From Octopus vulgaris (taxonomy: Eukaryota), in the NCBI GenBank assembly GCA_951406725.2, contig OX597814.1, forward strand, positions 11,160,001-11,224,000: a DNA stretch of 64,000 nucleotides, read 5' to 3'. Shown here piece by piece: positions 26,840 through 41,068 of this stretch (position 1 is its first letter; the number at the start of each line of letters is the position of its first letter). The position numbers were made by a program, and so were the translations under genes. Below the pieces are notes generated by a model. The model did no database searches, had not been told where the DNA came from, and saw only the letters and a program-made list of their open reading frames with translations.

Positions 26840-27899
26840 CAAGAAACAAGCACAGAAAAAGCTAGGCGCATGAAAACCCGTGCCAAAACTGCGGCCTTAG
26901 ATATTCTGAATAATAAATGGCAAGAAAAACCTCTCTATGGCAAATACCCAAAGAGAGCGAATAATGCAGATATCGACAAAGCCCTGACCCATCAATGGCT
27001 AATGGCCTCTGGCTTAAAATCTGAAACAGAGGGGTTTATCATAGCAGCTCAAGATCAATGCCTACCAACAAGAAACTACCAGGCCAACATATTAAAGATC
27101 AGAAGCAGTCCAACGTGTCGTGTATGCAAGCAACAAAATGAAACCATTGACCATGTGGTCTCCAAGTGCAGTCTTCTAGCGCCTACAGAGTATCTCAACA
27201 GGCACGATAGAGCTGCACAATATATTCACTGGGTAATCTGTAAAAACCTGGATTTGCCCCATGAAAAAAACTGGTGGGAACACAAACCACCCCCAGTGCT
27301 TGAAAATGACCACATCTCACTCCTCTGGAACTTCACCATTCAAACTGACAGGAAGATAGATGCAAATAGGCCAGACATCATATTGAAAGACTTCAAACAA
27401 AGAACATGCCTCCTCATTGATATGACTGTCCCAATCGATATAAACGTATCTGTCAGGACCTACCAAAAACTGAGCAAATATAAAGATCTTGAAATAGAAA
27501 TCAGTAAAATGTGGAAGCTGAAGACTAAAACAATACCTGTTGTCATAGGTGCCCTGGGAATGATAGCAAAAGGGGCTGATAGCTACCTAACTCAGATACC
27601 AGGAAACCCAAAAATGGCAGAAGTTCAAAAGATAGTGCTCATGGGAACTGCTCATATCCTACGCAAAATACTCTCTATGTAACCTCAAGGTTTAAAACAA
27701 CCATAATTTTCGGTTTAAAAAAAAAAAAAAAAAAAAAAAACTTTTTTTTTTAGACATTCATTAGTACAACATCCCCACCCCCAAATATATGGCACACTAG
27801 GCATAACAACAACATGAACTTCCAACCCTGTTGTCTCTTGAGGTCTCTGGGTGAGACTTGGAGCCAACTTGTACAAATATAAAGCAAAAGTCAAACATA

Positions 27900-27900
<1 letters not shown>
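26837..27900 (+). mobile_element. R4/Dong-clade LINE 3' fragment with an open 270-aa frame (26870-27682)
   Basis: SETEGFIIAAQDQ, CRVCKQQNETIDHVVSKC, RHD, NRPDI, IDMTVP, KLSKYKDL, IPVVIGALG; (TAA)n on both sides. Confidence 0.93.
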
Positions 27901-27970
<70 letters not shown>

Positions 27971-28049
27971 GAAGAAGAAGAAGAAGAAGAAGAAGAAGAA
28001 GAAGAAGAAGAAGAAGAAGAAGAAGAAGAAGAAGAAGAAGAATAACAAC

Positions 28050-28900
28050 AATCCTTTCTACTGGAATCACAAAGCCTCAGATTTGTAGGGCGGGGGATTA
28101 GTCGATCACATCGACCTCAATACTCAACTGGTACTTAATTTATCGACCCCCGACTTCAGAGTCGTTAAAACACGTACCAGCTGAGTACAGGTGTCAATGT
28201 AATCGACTTATCCCCTCTTCCGAAATTGCTGGTCTTGTGCCAAAATTTGAAATCAATATTATTATTATTGTTGTTGTTATTGTTACTATTGTTAAGGCAG
28301 CGAGCTGGTAGAGTGGTTGCCACACTGGACAGAACGTTTTGCTGTATTTCGTTTGTCATTACGTTCTAAGTTCAAATTCCGCCGAGATCTACTTTACTTT
28401 TCAACCTTTTGGGGTCGATAGAATAAGTACTGATTGTTCACTGGGGGTCTATGTAATCGCTTTCTTCCTCCTGAAAAGAAAATTTCAGGCCGTATTCCTC
28501 TGATAGAAAGGAATAGGTGACAGAGGCATTAGCATGCCGGGCAAAATGCTTAGCGATATTTCATCTGCCGTTACTTTCTGAGTTCAAATTCCGCCGTGGT
28601 CGACTTTGCCTTTCATCCTTTCGGTGTCGAATAAATAAGTACCAGTTACGCACTGAGGGCGATATGATCGACTTAATCCGTTTGTCTGTCCTTGTTTGTC
28701 CTCTCTGTGTTTAGCCCCTTGTGGGTAGTAAAGAAATAGGTATTTTGCCCGTCGCTCCATTCTGAGTTCAAATTTCGCCAAGGTCGACTTCTATCCCTTC
28801 GGGTCGATAAAATAAGTACCAGCTGAACACTGGAGTCGACGTAATTGACTAGTGCCCCCACCCCACCCCGCAAAATTTGAGGCCTTGTGCTTTTAGAAGA
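28050..28900 (+). mobile_element. cluster of SINE family C copies and fragments
   Basis: Repeated ttctgagttcaaattccgccgaggtcgac..ataagtaccag at 28295, 28516 and 28745; inverted tail fragments at 28050-28260. Confidence 0.8.
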
Positions 28901-29274
28901 AAGGTTTTTATAAGTAGTATGATATATATATTGTAAACATTAACCCAAGCAAGCAAAATATAAATCCACACCTCTATCATACTTTTAATACGGGGAGACG
29001 GGTTATGGCTTTCTATTTTTACTTTAGTTTTAAAGTAACTGATAGACAAGAAATGTTGCAGGTAAGAATTGAACTGACAATAGTAGACAACTATTGTCAG
29101 TCTGTCTTTGCTGTCTCACTGCCCCACCCCCTGAAAGCAATAATAACGACTAAGCTATACAACCTCACCTTTTAAGCTAAACTTTCTTTTAAATTTCTTA
29201 TCTGATTGTGCAGCGTCGAGACCGGCAGTCAACAAGCGTCAAATGAATAACTATTCCCCTGGTATAAAACTAAT

Positions 29275-29552
29275 GGTGGCGGCGATGCGGTGGTAGAGGT
29301 GGTGGTGGTTGTGGTGGTGGTGGTGGTGGTGTAGTGATGCTGAAGGTGGTGTTTGTGGTGGATGCTGAAGGTGGCGGTAGTAGTGGTGGGTGTGGGTGGT
29401 GACGACAGCAACAGGGATAATGTTTACGTTAGTGATGGTAAAAGTTGTGGTAGCCGCGTGGTGGCGGTGTTTATATATGTTGTAGGGGACGGCGGTGAGT
29501 ATGTTTTAGTTGCTGTTGTTGTTGGCGATGGTAGTGGCTGTAGAATATAATT

Positions 29553-29603
<51 letters not shown>

Positions 29604-29890
29604 GTGGTGGTGGTGGCGACGGCGGCGGCGGTGGTGGTGGTGGTGGCGACGGCGGCGGCGGTGGTGGTGGTGGTGGTGGTGGTGGTGGTGGTCGTCGTCG
29701 TGGCGGTGGTCGTGGTGGTGGTCGTGGTCGTGGTCGTGGTCGTGGTGGTAGCAATGGTGGTGGTGGTGGTCGTCGTAGTGATGGTGGTGGTGGTGGTGGT
29801 TGTGGCGGCGGCGGTGATGGTGGTGGTGGTGGTTTTGGTGGTGGTGATGATGGTGGTGGTGGTGGTAGTGTTGGTGGTGGTGGCGGTGAT
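29275..29890. repeat. (GGT)n/(GGC)n G-rich trinucleotide tract
   Basis: Direct inspection. Confidence 0.9.
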
Positions 29891-30361
29891 CAGTGGGCGT
29901 GAAGATAATAGCAATGATCGTATTTAGCAGCGATGGTGTTAGTGATGTCCGTTATGATTACGGCGACAAAGGTGCTGGTTTTGCTAGTAGCGTCAGTGAA
30001 GGTCATATTAGGAGAGGGTTGAGTGGTTGTCGTTGTGAAGATGAGATCTTTCACCGTCAACAATGTATTCACATCATTAACTACAAGATAAAGGCGAAGA
30101 GGAACGCGAATGAACGTGTAAATGTTTTGAGTGAACGAGTGAATTGGTGAATAAGGGAGGGAAGAAAGGAAGTTTATTTGAACGAGTGATAGTGTAGAGA
30201 AGGTGGTGCAAGCGTAGCCATGGGGTAAGAAGTTTGCTTCTCAACCACGTGGTTTTGGGTTCACTCCCACGCACTGACCAAAAACCTTGTAAGTGGATCT
30301 GGTAGACGGATTTGGTAGAAAGAAGCCCGCTGCACACACACACCCACACACACATGTATGT

Positions 30362-30437
<76 letters not shown>

Positions 30438-30529
30438 TTTGATTAAGTTATTAATAATGGATAAAACCATTTAATGATTTTATCAAGTACCCAGCATGTT
30501 AAAACCAATAAAGTAACGACATATATATG

Positions 30530-30952
<423 letters not shown>

Positions 30953-31199
30953 TATGCTTCAACACACGAACTAACCTAAAGAATCTTGCAAACCAAATCC
31001 AAAAACTAAATATACATATATATATATATGCACATACACGCACTTCCACACACCCACACGTACATACATACACACTCATACACATACACACACACACACA
31101 CACGGACATACATCTATGCACACACATATATACACACATACTCACATACATTCATCGGACACACTGACACCCAGACATACACAGACACACTCACACATC

Positions 31200-32077
31200 C
31201 ACACACATACATACTTACGCGCATACTCGCAGGCGCGCGCACACACGCGCTTGCGCCGGTTCGCGCACGCATACGCGCCGCATGCACCTCGCTCTTGGAC
31301 CCGACGAGACCTCCCGCTCATTCCTGGGACCGTCGCTTGTCGTTGGGTTTTCCCACGCCCGTCTCCGCGGGACCACTCTTCCATCTTCCCCTCAGCTGTA
31401 GTCCTTTTTCCTTAACACCCCCTTTTTTTGTTACACACACGCGCACACATATACACACATTGCTTAAATATATACATTACTCTTACACACATTCAATCTA
31501 CTCGCAATTAATACTACCACGACACTGGACACACACTACTGCTCAACACACGCTGGCACGCTACATACGCCCCCACCCCTTCCCCTCCCTCCCTTCCTCT
31601 TTCCTTCTTTTTCTTACTACTGACCACTGTCTGCTTGCCTACCACAGTCTCGCCCTACCTCACACGCCTACACACAGACGCACACACTAACACATACATA
31701 TATTTTTTGTTTTTTTATCTCGCCTCACACACACACACATACACACACGCACACGCACACACTCACACATACACACACATCTGTTGCGTTACCAACCTTG
31801 TCTCCACTCTTTGGCTTTAAAAACCTACTTTGCTCTTGTTATCGTAAACTTCCGCCTTTCACCATGTGTAACTCGTAAACACCAGTCGTTCTTTTTTCTC
31901 TATCCCTGTTGCCCGCTTTGGGATCTTTCTTTCCTCTCTCTTCCTTCTTTATGTTTCCGACGAAGAGCTCCGCTCGAAACGTCATACCTTCCTGCTTCCA
32001 TTTCCTGAGCGCCTATTAATAATAATACTGTAATTGTTCCATTGTTGTTGTTTTTTTGTTTTCCCGTTTGGATTAAA

Positions 32078-32080
<3 letters not shown>
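31200..32080 (+). mobile_element. ORF-less PLE 3' region ending in a pLTR with HHR motif
   Basis: C-rich/CA-rich body resembling 19920-20490; CCGACGA-agagc-tcc-gctc-GAAAC-GTC at 31957-31983. Confidence 0.65.
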
Positions 32081-32130
<50 letters not shown>

Positions 32131-32137
<7 letters not shown>

Positions 32138-32437
32138 TAGGGCTTAGTAAAATAAGTAAAATAAATTACTTTGCCACATACCGAACTTCGTAGAAATAGC
32201 AGCCAAAAAAAAATTTTTTTAGCCATTTCTACTACTCAAACGATCTATGTACTTGTGATATTTTTCTGTATTTACCTCCAAACCTTCGTGAGCTGTCTGG
32301 AGTAAACATTATCTGAGAGAAATTTTCTTTAAGTAGTAGAAATGGCTAAAAAATTTTTTTTTTTGGCTGCTATTTCTACGAAGTTCGGTATGTGGCAAAG
32401 TAATTTATTTTACTTATTTTACTAAGCCCTAATTATA
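32131..32437. mobile_element. young fold-back element (about 105-bp arms)
   Basis: 32131-32236 and 32332-32437 differ essentially only in homopolymer lengths; lies in (TA)n. Confidence 0.8.
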
Positions 32438-32525
32438 TAATGTAATATTTTGAATTCGCCTTAAATGGTCCTTTTACATACTGAACACTTGGTGAAATTG
32501 ATTAATTAATTTTACCCTCAATTGT

Positions 32526-32611
<86 letters not shown>

Positions 32612-32667
32612 GTGTTTGTGTGTATGTATGTATGTATGTATATATGTATGTATGTAAGTATATAATC

Positions 32668-33637
32668 TCATTTAACGTCCGTTGTCCATGCAGGCATGGC
32701 TTGGACGGTACGACCAGAGCTGGAAAACTGGTGGGAGAGGCTGCACCAGACTCCAGTTCGATTTTGGATAGTGTCTACGGCTGAATGTCCTTCCTAACGT
32801 CAACCACTTTACAGTGTGTGCTGGTTGTTTTTACGTGGCACTGCAGGGGCGCTTTTACATGATGCCGCACAGACGCTTTTACGTGGCACCGCACGAGTGC
32901 TTTTACATGGCACCGCTACGGGTGCTTTACATCAATAGAAGGAACGGTCTTAACATTTCTGCTGTGTGGTACATGTCTTCCTGAGTACGGCCAGTTGCCA
33001 GGTATCTCAGTTATTTGTCATCTCGCCTGAAAGGTTCAGGTTCCTGAGAATGTTCTTCAGTTGTTTTTTCTCGAGCCATGCCAGGTTCATAAGAGCCGGT
33101 TTCCCGGTTTCAGTGGCGTAGAAATTCCCCACCTGGACGGGACACCGGTCCGTCGCAGGATTACTCATTTTTGCCAGCTGAATGGACTGGAGCAACGTGA
33201 AATGAAGTGTTTTGCTCAAGAACACGATGCATCCAGGAATCGAAACACGACCTCATGATCATGAGTTCAACACCCTAACCACTAAGCCAATCGCCTCCAC
33301 AATGTTCTTCAGTACTTCATCCCGTGTCTTCCTGAGTCTCTCACTTCCACGTATTCCACTCACTTTGAGGGATCGGCACGTTTTTTTTTATGAGATGTCG
33401 GCATCCATTCGCATCATACGACCAAACCAGCAGAACCTTCTCTCTTGCACACAGCAAACGATTCTTCTTAAGCCTAACTTCTCCCTCAGAACACTGGCAC
33501 TCTGTTGAACATGTACACCTACATTGTATATCCAACGGTGCGTGCTAGCTTCATTCCTTTTTAACTGTTACATTTCCTCTGCATTCAGTGTCCATGTCTC
33601 ACTACCATGTAGAATTGCTGTATGTATACATGCATCA
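32668..33637 (-). mobile_element. RTE/RTE-X-like LINE 3' end
   Basis: Minus strand gives YDACIHTAILHGSETWTL..LREKLGLRRIVCCVQERRFCWFGRMMRMD..RKTRDEVLKN; the 3' UTR has short acgtggcac repeats. Confidence 0.85.
33062..33300 (-). mobile_element. tRNA-derived SINE (family A) inserted in the RTE element
   Basis: 13-bp TSD aatgttcttcagt at 33049-33061 and 33301-33313. Confidence 0.9.
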
Positions 33638-34945
33638 TATTAGGTTATTCCGAAAATAATGGCCGGTTTCAGAAACAGTTTTATTCTGGAAAAATTAACA
33701 ATAGAAATATGTTTTGATTAGTCAAAGTATGAGCCGTGGACATCTATGGATCTCTGCCATCGATCAACGACATTATTCATGCCTCATTGATAAAAATTTA
33801 TTGGTTTTGATGCTAAGAAATCTTTGAAACCTGACACCACCTCTGGTTTGGACCTAAAAGTTTTATCACTTAAAAATGTGTTTAAATGCTTAAAAAATGG
33901 TAGTCAGTAGGTGAAAGATCAGAAGAATATGGAGGATGTGGTAAAATCACGTATCCCAAGTCTGTGAGTTTCTGCAGCGTCATTCTTGCAACATGTGGCT
34001 TTGCATTATCGTGGAGTAGAATTGGGCCACTCCGATTCACCAATGCATTGTCATGAAGAATGATTGACCCTCTTCTGTTGACCAGTCTGAGAGGGAGGAG
34101 TAACAGATTTTTTTCGTTCGTTTTGGTAATTTCATGGCAATATGTTTCTGCAGTAATGGTTTTACCGGGTTTTAAGAAGTTTTAGTGGATGAGTCCATGA
34201 GTACACCACCAAACAGTCACCATCACCTTCATTTTGAAGAGCTTGGGTTTAGAGGTTTTCGGTACTTCATTTTGTTCCAACCACTGCGAAGAACGTTGTT
34301 ACTATTGTACAGAATCTACTTTTCATAGTAAGTTACAATACGGTCGAGAAATGGATCGGTCTGGTTACAGAGAAGAAGCGACGAGCAAATTTCATATCTG
34401 CGCATTTTCTGATTTTCATTCAAATAGCATGGTACCCATTTGTCAAGCTTTTTTGATTTTCCGTTCACATGCACATGATTGCAGGCAGATTTCTGGCTAA
34501 CAGTTTTTGCCAGTTCTAGAGTGGTTTTACGTAGATCTTTCTCAATGACGGTCTTCAGTTGGCTGTCATCTCACGATCTTCAAGGCTTAAGCCTTCACTG
34601 CGAAATCATTTAAACCATTTTCAAGCTGGCCACACAGTGGACATTTCTTCATCAAATGTTTCGTTGATATCACGAGGGGATTCAGCTGCTTTACGTACTT
34701 TTTTGGAGTTGAATAGCAAAATTGCTCGAATATCGCGCTTTGATAGTTTCCATTTCAGATGATTGTAACAAAGGGGGAAAAATATCAATGTTAATTTAAT
34801 GATGCATTTGCACAAGTCTATGTCTGTATTATCAGAGAATTGCAAAAAAAAAAAAAAAATGTTCATAAAAATTCAAACCCTGCAAAAAGTCCGGTGCAAA
34901 TTGTTCATGGTTCAAAAAGTTGCTTACTTTTTACTCAACTTAATA
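33638..34945 (-). mobile_element. full-length decayed mariner transposon
   Basis: Imperfect TIRs tattaggttattccgaaaata / tacttttttactcaacttaata. Transposase motifs DIRAILLF, LLHDNAKPH, HPPYSSDLSPTDYH. Confidence 0.9.
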
Positions 34946-35124
34946 TGTGTGTATGTGTGTGTGCGTGCGTGCGTGCGTGTGTGTGTGTGTGTGTTTGTGT
35001 ATGTGTGTGTGTGTGTGTTTGTGTGTGTGCGTGAGTTTGTGTGCGTGAGTGTGCGTGAGTGTGTGTGCGTGTGTGTGTATGTATAAATATGTCTATATAT
35101 ATATATTGTGTGTGTGTATTCATT

Positions 35125-35552
35125 TATTTGTTCCAGTCATTTGACTGCGGCCATGCTGGAACATCGCCTTTAGTCGAACAAATCGACCCCACGACTTATT
35201 CATTGTAAGCCTACTACTTATTCTATCGGTCTCTTTGGCCGAACCACTAAGTTACGGAGACGTAAACACACCAATATCAGTTGCTAATCGATGGTGGGGG
35301 ACAAACACAGACTCACAAACACACACACACACACATACACACACACACACGCACGCACGCACGCATGCACGCACGCATGCACGCACGCACACATATACGA
35401 CAGGCTTCTTTCAGTTTCCATCTACCAAATCCACTCACAAGGCTTTGGTCGGCCCGGGGCTATAGTAGAAGCCACCTGCCCAAGGTGCCACGCAGTGAGA
35501 TGAGAACCCGGAACCAAGTGGTTGGTAAGCAAGATACTTACCACACAGCCAC
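35125..35552 (-). mobile_element. SINE family B
   Basis: Reverse homology to 47787-48207. Confidence 0.85.
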
Positions 35553-35733
35553 TATAGATATATATATCTTTTATTTTCCATTTGTGTTAGTCATTAGACT
35601 GTGGCCATGCTGGGCAACGCCTTGAAAGATTTTTAGTCGTCACCAACCGTTGTTGTTTTGAACATGACGATAATAATGATGATGATGATGATGATGGCGG
35701 CGGCGGTGTAGTGGTGGTATGGCGGTGCTGATG

Positions 35734-35770
<37 letters not shown>

Positions 35771-35895
35771 TAATAATAATCATAATCATTAACAACAGCA
35801 ACAGCAACAACAACAGCAACAATAAAGGCAATGAGTGTTAAGATGACAACGACGACCAAAATGATGATGATGATGATGATAATGATGCGTCGTCG

Positions 35896-36119
35896 TCCTT
35901 TCGTATTCAGATTATTTTGTCAAATGTAATGTTTTTTCATTGACATTGTTTATTATTAATCATGCTTTATTTTGTAGCTATAAAGTTTTCATGATGAGAT
36001 TGTATATTTCTAGAATGGCATTGAAGGGTAGGTGTGATAGGTTGGATCTGACTAGTTAGCGCATAAAATAGGAAGCATATTTGGGCCGGATATGGCATGT
36101 TTAGATACTAAAGGATTAA
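35896..36119. mobile_element. piggyBac-like MITE
   Basis: Inverted ends tcctttcgtat / atactaaagga, with TTAA on the right side only. Confidence 0.45.
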
Positions 36120-36163
36120 AGACGTTAATGTGATTAGAGGGAGATTTAGTTCCTTCATCTAGC

Positions 36164-36213
<50 letters not shown>

Positions 36214-36317
36214 AGAGTATTACAGATTTTGTCTAACTAACCGAAACCTCGAATATTTTATTACTTTAAACGTTAGATGGAAAGATTGATATCGCACGCT
36301 ATATAGTACTGCCTCAA

Positions 36318-36577
36318 AAAGAGAAAGAAAGAAAGAAAGAAAGAAAGGAAGAAAGGAAGGAAGGCAGGAAGGAAGGAAGGAAGGAAGGAAGGAAGGAAGA
36401 AAGAAAGAAAGAAGGGAAGGAAGGAAGGAAGGAAGAAAGAAAGAAAGAAAGAAAGAAAGGAAGGAAGGAAGGAAGGAGGGAAGGAAGGAAGGAAGGAAGG
36501 AAGAAAGAAAGAGAAAGAAAGAAAGAAAGAAAGAAAGGAAGGAAGGAAGGAAAGAAGGAAGAAAGAACGAAAGGAAT

Positions 36578-36618
<41 letters not shown>

Positions 36619-36687
36619 AGGAAGGAAGGAAGGAAGGAAGGAAGGAAGGAAGGAAGGAAGGAAGGAAGGAAGAAAGGAGGGAAGGAA

Positions 36688-36728
<41 letters not shown>

Positions 36729-36821
36729 GAAGGAAGGAAGGAAGAAAAAGAAAGAAAGAATGGAAGAAAGAAAGGAAGAAAGAAAGAAAGAAAGAAAGAA
36801 AGGAAGAAAGGAAGGAAGGAA

Positions 36822-36855
<34 letters not shown>

Positions 36856-36988
36856 AGGAAGGAAGGAAGGAAGAAAGAAAGAAAGAAAGGAAGAAAGGAA
36901 GGAAGGAAGGAAGAAAGGAAGGAAGGAAGAAAGAAAGAAAGAAAGAAAGGAAGAAAGGAAGGAAGGAAGGAAGGAAGAAAGGAAGGAA

Positions 36989-37032
<44 letters not shown>

Positions 37033-37260
37033 GATAATGATGCGTCGTCGTCGAAGAAAGAAAGAAGAAAGAAAGGAAGGGAAGGAAGGAAGAAATTGTC
37101 GCCGTCTCTTAAACTCACTCGCCAAAGAAAGAAAGAAAGAAAGATTTTGTCTAACTAACCGAAACCTCGAATATTTTATTACTTTAAACGTTAGATGGAA
37201 AGATTGATATCGCACGCTATATAGTACTGCCTCAAAAAGAGAAAGAAAGAAAGAAAGGAA

Positions 37261-37297
<37 letters not shown>

Positions 37298-37398
37298 GAA
37301 GGAAGGAAGGAAGGAAGAAGAAAGAAAGAAGTAAGGAAGGAAGGAAAGAAGGAAGGAAGGAAGGAAAGAAAGGAGGGAAGGAAGGAAGGAAGGAAGGA

Positions 37399-37429
<31 letters not shown>

Positions 37430-37632
37430 GAAGGAAGGAAGGAAGGAAAGAAGGAAGAAAGAAAGGAATGAAGAAAGAAAGAAAGAAAGAAAGGAAGAAA
37501 GAAAGGAAGGAAGGAAGGAAGGAAGGAAGAAAGAAAAGAAGGAAGAAAGGAAGAAAGGAAGGAAGGAAGAAAGAAAGAAAGAAAGAAAGGAAGGAAGGAA
37601 GGAAGGAAGGAAGAAAGAATGGAAGAAAGAAA

Positions 37633-37665
<33 letters not shown>

Positions 37666-37684
37666 GAAGAAAGGAAGGAAGGAA

Positions 37685-37718
<34 letters not shown>

Positions 37719-37776
37719 AGGGAAGGAAGGAAGGAAGGAAGAAAGAAAGAAAGGAAGAAAGGAAGAAAGGAAGGAA

Positions 37777-37833
<57 letters not shown>

Positions 37834-38080
37834 GAAGAAAGGAAGGAAGGAAGGAAGGAAGAAAGAAAGAAAGAAAGAAAGAAAGGAAGAAAGAAAGGAA
37901 GAAAGAAAGAAAGAAAGAAAGAAAGGAAGGAAGGAAGGAAGGAAGGAAGAAAGAAAGGAAGAAAGTAATGAAGGAAGGAAGGAAGGAAGGAAGAAAGAAA
38001 GAAAGAAAGAAAGAAAGGAAGAAAGGAAGAAAGGAAGGAAGAAAGAAAAAAAGAAAGAAAGAAAGAAAGAAAGAAAGAAT
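36318..38080. repeat. (GGAA)n/(GAAA)n polypurine tract with an internal duplication
   Basis: Purine-only plus strand over long stretches; unique block 36224-36320 is repeated at 37142-37238. Confidence 0.95.
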
Positions 38081-38499
38081 GGGAGCACGTAAGAAAAGGG
38101 TGAGCAAATAAAATAAAAAAACTGAAGGCGTTCCAGCGAACCAAATCTCTGTGAAGGTGTTTCGATTCCTGTTTGAATCGATTTGATTTTATTTTGCTTT
38201 ATTTCCTCTTCGGCTTCTTTCTGGACGATTTCCACGTCTAAAAATCTCAAAGAGCCGATTACACCTATCGTATTTACTTGTATATAAGCACAAGCCTGAC
38301 TAAGTGGGTAACAAGGTGATAGATGATAACATGGTTGTAAATATATGAATGCTAGTAATTCAATGAGAGTTTAAAATACAAAAAGGGAGCTTCTTCACGG
38401 CTCCAAGATTTAGTTAATAAGAGATTTCTACAAATCGCTAAAATGTGTTCTCGGAGTTTAACAAGGAAAATTCAAAGAACAGATAATATACTCCCAGTT

Positions 38500-38885
38500 G
38501 GATGGAAGCACTCCATCGGTTACGACGACGAGGGTTCCGGTTGATCCGGATCAACGGAACAGCCTGCTCGTGAAATTAACGTGTAAGTGGCTGAGCACTC
38601 CACGGACACGTGTACCCTTAACGCAGTTCTCGGGGATATTCAGCGTGACACAGAGAGTGACAAGGCCGGCCCTTTGAAATACAGGTACACCAGAAACAGG
38701 AAGTAAGAGTGAGAGAAAGTTGTGGTGAAAGAGTACTGCAGGGATCATCACCATCCCCTGCCGGAGCCTCGTGGAGCTTTAGGTGTTTTCGCTCAATAAA
38801 CACTCACAACGCCCGGTCTGGGAATCGAAACCGCAATCCTATGACCGCGAGTCCGCTGTCCTAACCACTGGGCCATTGCGCCTCC
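38500..38885 (-). mobile_element. tRNA(Arg)-like SINE (family A2, tail 2)
   Basis: 12-bp TSD atactcccagtt at 38488-38499 and 38886-38897; near-identical to 47114-47501. Confidence 0.92.
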
Positions 38886-39029
38886 ATACTCCCAGTTACA
38901 ATGTTTGGAATGCAACAAAATGGTTATACCTGTTATACCAGGTCATTGAGAATGAAATGTCCGATTTTGAACTGAAAGTTTATTTTACTTTACCTCGACA
39001 AAAAGCAATGCAGTTAATCAAACTATGCA

Positions 39030-40100
39030 ACTAAATTATCAACATAATTTCGCCATTTTATCCGTAGCTTATTTATGCTGGCAGAGAAGAATTCTGGAGA
39101 GCAAGAGGTGAGGAAATCACGAAAGACTGTTTTTACATCTTCTTTAGATTTGAAGTTTTTACCCTGCAAAAAGTTGTCTCATGCCAGGAAAACGTGATAT
39201 GTCAGTTGGTGCAAAGTCTGGTGAATATTGTGGATGAGAGAGCACTTCCAAGTTCAGTTCCTGTAACTTGAGTAACGTTCTTTGTGCAACATGTGTCCGT
39301 GCACTGTCTTGCAAGAGAATTGACCTGTCTCTATTGACCAATTTCGATTGTTTAAATGCAAGTTCACTCATCATTTCATCCAATTGGTTGATGTATACAT
39401 CCGCTGAAGTTGACTTACCAGATCTTATGAAGCTGTAGTGGATGACACCAACGCTGGACCACCAAACATACACCATTAACTTTTATTAGTGAATATTCTT
39501 TTTTGGATTGTGTTTTGGCACTCTGATTCTATCCAATCACCGTGCAGAACGCTATTGTCGAAAACAATTCATGTTTCATCACACGTAACAATACGATTCA
39601 AAAATGGTTCGCTTTTATGCTGTGACTGCAAAGTAGAGCAAGTTTCAAGACGATGTGTCATTTGATGCTCGTTCACTTCGTGTAGTACCCACTTGTCCAG
39701 CTTCTTTACCTTGCAGATTTGTTTCAGATGCTCCAATACACTTGGAATCGAAATAGCAAACCTTGCAGCTAACTCACGCGTAGTTTGCGATGTATCCGTT
39801 TCCACTACAGTTTCCAGCTCATCATTATCCACCTTGGCCTCAGATCTACCACGGGGCTGATTTTCAAGAGAAAAGTCACTAGACCGGAACTTCTCAAACC
39901 ATCGACATACAGTGCGTTCATTCGCCACGTCTTCACCAAGCAACACAGTGATGTTTCGAGCTGTCTGGGATGTCTTGGTTCCACGACAGAACTCATATTC
40001 ATAAACAACACGAATTTTTTTATCTATCCATGGGTTCACAAAAAATGATTTACAAGAGAAAATTCACAATATAATCAGACAATGAATTGCATTTCGAAAA
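39030..40100 (-). mobile_element. decayed mariner transposon
   Basis: KIRVVYEYEFCRG..RWFEKFRSSDFSLE..KKLDKWVLHE..FLNRIVTCDET; VWWSSVGVIHY..HPQYSPDFAPTD. Confidence 0.92.
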
Positions 40101-40367
40101 GTGACGATGTAACTCTTCAATGTTGTAAAACAAAAAATTGTCAGGATAAGACAATACACAAAATATCTCAATTTGTTATACACTCCCAATTAATATTCCA
40201 AAAAAAAAAAAATACAATAGGATGTTTTTTCTATATTTCGAATGGCTATAACGGTCCAGTAAAGTAAAACGGTAACCACAGGGGTCCGTGAGAAAAAATG
40301 GTTAAGACCCACTGGTTTACATCTTCTTTAGAACTAAAGAACAGAGAGATAGAGCCAACAATTATAT

Positions 40368-40423
<56 letters not shown>

Positions 40424-40644
40424 GTGTGTGCGTGTGTGTGTAAATTCTACAAATGATGACTTCAATAAATCAGTAATTTCGATTTGCATAAATAGTACTT
40501 TTTGGCAGCTACATCATTTAATTATTGATGCGCTAGGCAATGTATTTTGGATATTGGAAGTGTCTGTAATTATTCAGCTTAACTGCCATTAGAGCGCTGA
40601 TTATGTAAATTAGAATAGCTGGGTCAATGAAGTTTGTATTTGTA

Positions 40645-40751
<107 letters not shown>

Positions 40752-41068
40752 TATATATATATATATATAATGTACTGATAAGACAATTTATTTATTTGAA
40801 AGTCACAATACATGTATTAAAGCGCTACTAATGATATGTGGCTTGCATCTGAAGAATATGTTTGAGTTTTCTCAATATAGGAAACTACTAGAAGCGTTTT
40901 AATACATGTATTGTGGCCTTTAGATAAATTATATATATGTATATATACACATATATATGTATGTATGTGTGTATATATGTGTATATATATATATATATAT
41001 GGTCACTTCAAACGAACTTTCGCAGGCATGATGGGGGAGAATGTTAGTAGTTATTTAGCTGGCGGACT

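Noticed and set aside
29074-29100. 11-bp perfect inverted repeat ctgacaatagt/actattgtcag
   Set aside because: Short and isolated; compatible with chance.
29471-29927. Gly-rich/RGG-like or Pro-rich ORFs
   Set aside because: Open in several frames because of (GGT/GGC)n; no splice or flanking coding support.
36220-38250. 676-aa ORF and overlapping K/E/R/G-rich ORFs
   Set aside because: Translation of (TTCC)/(TTTC) repeats, which lack stop codons; no domain content.
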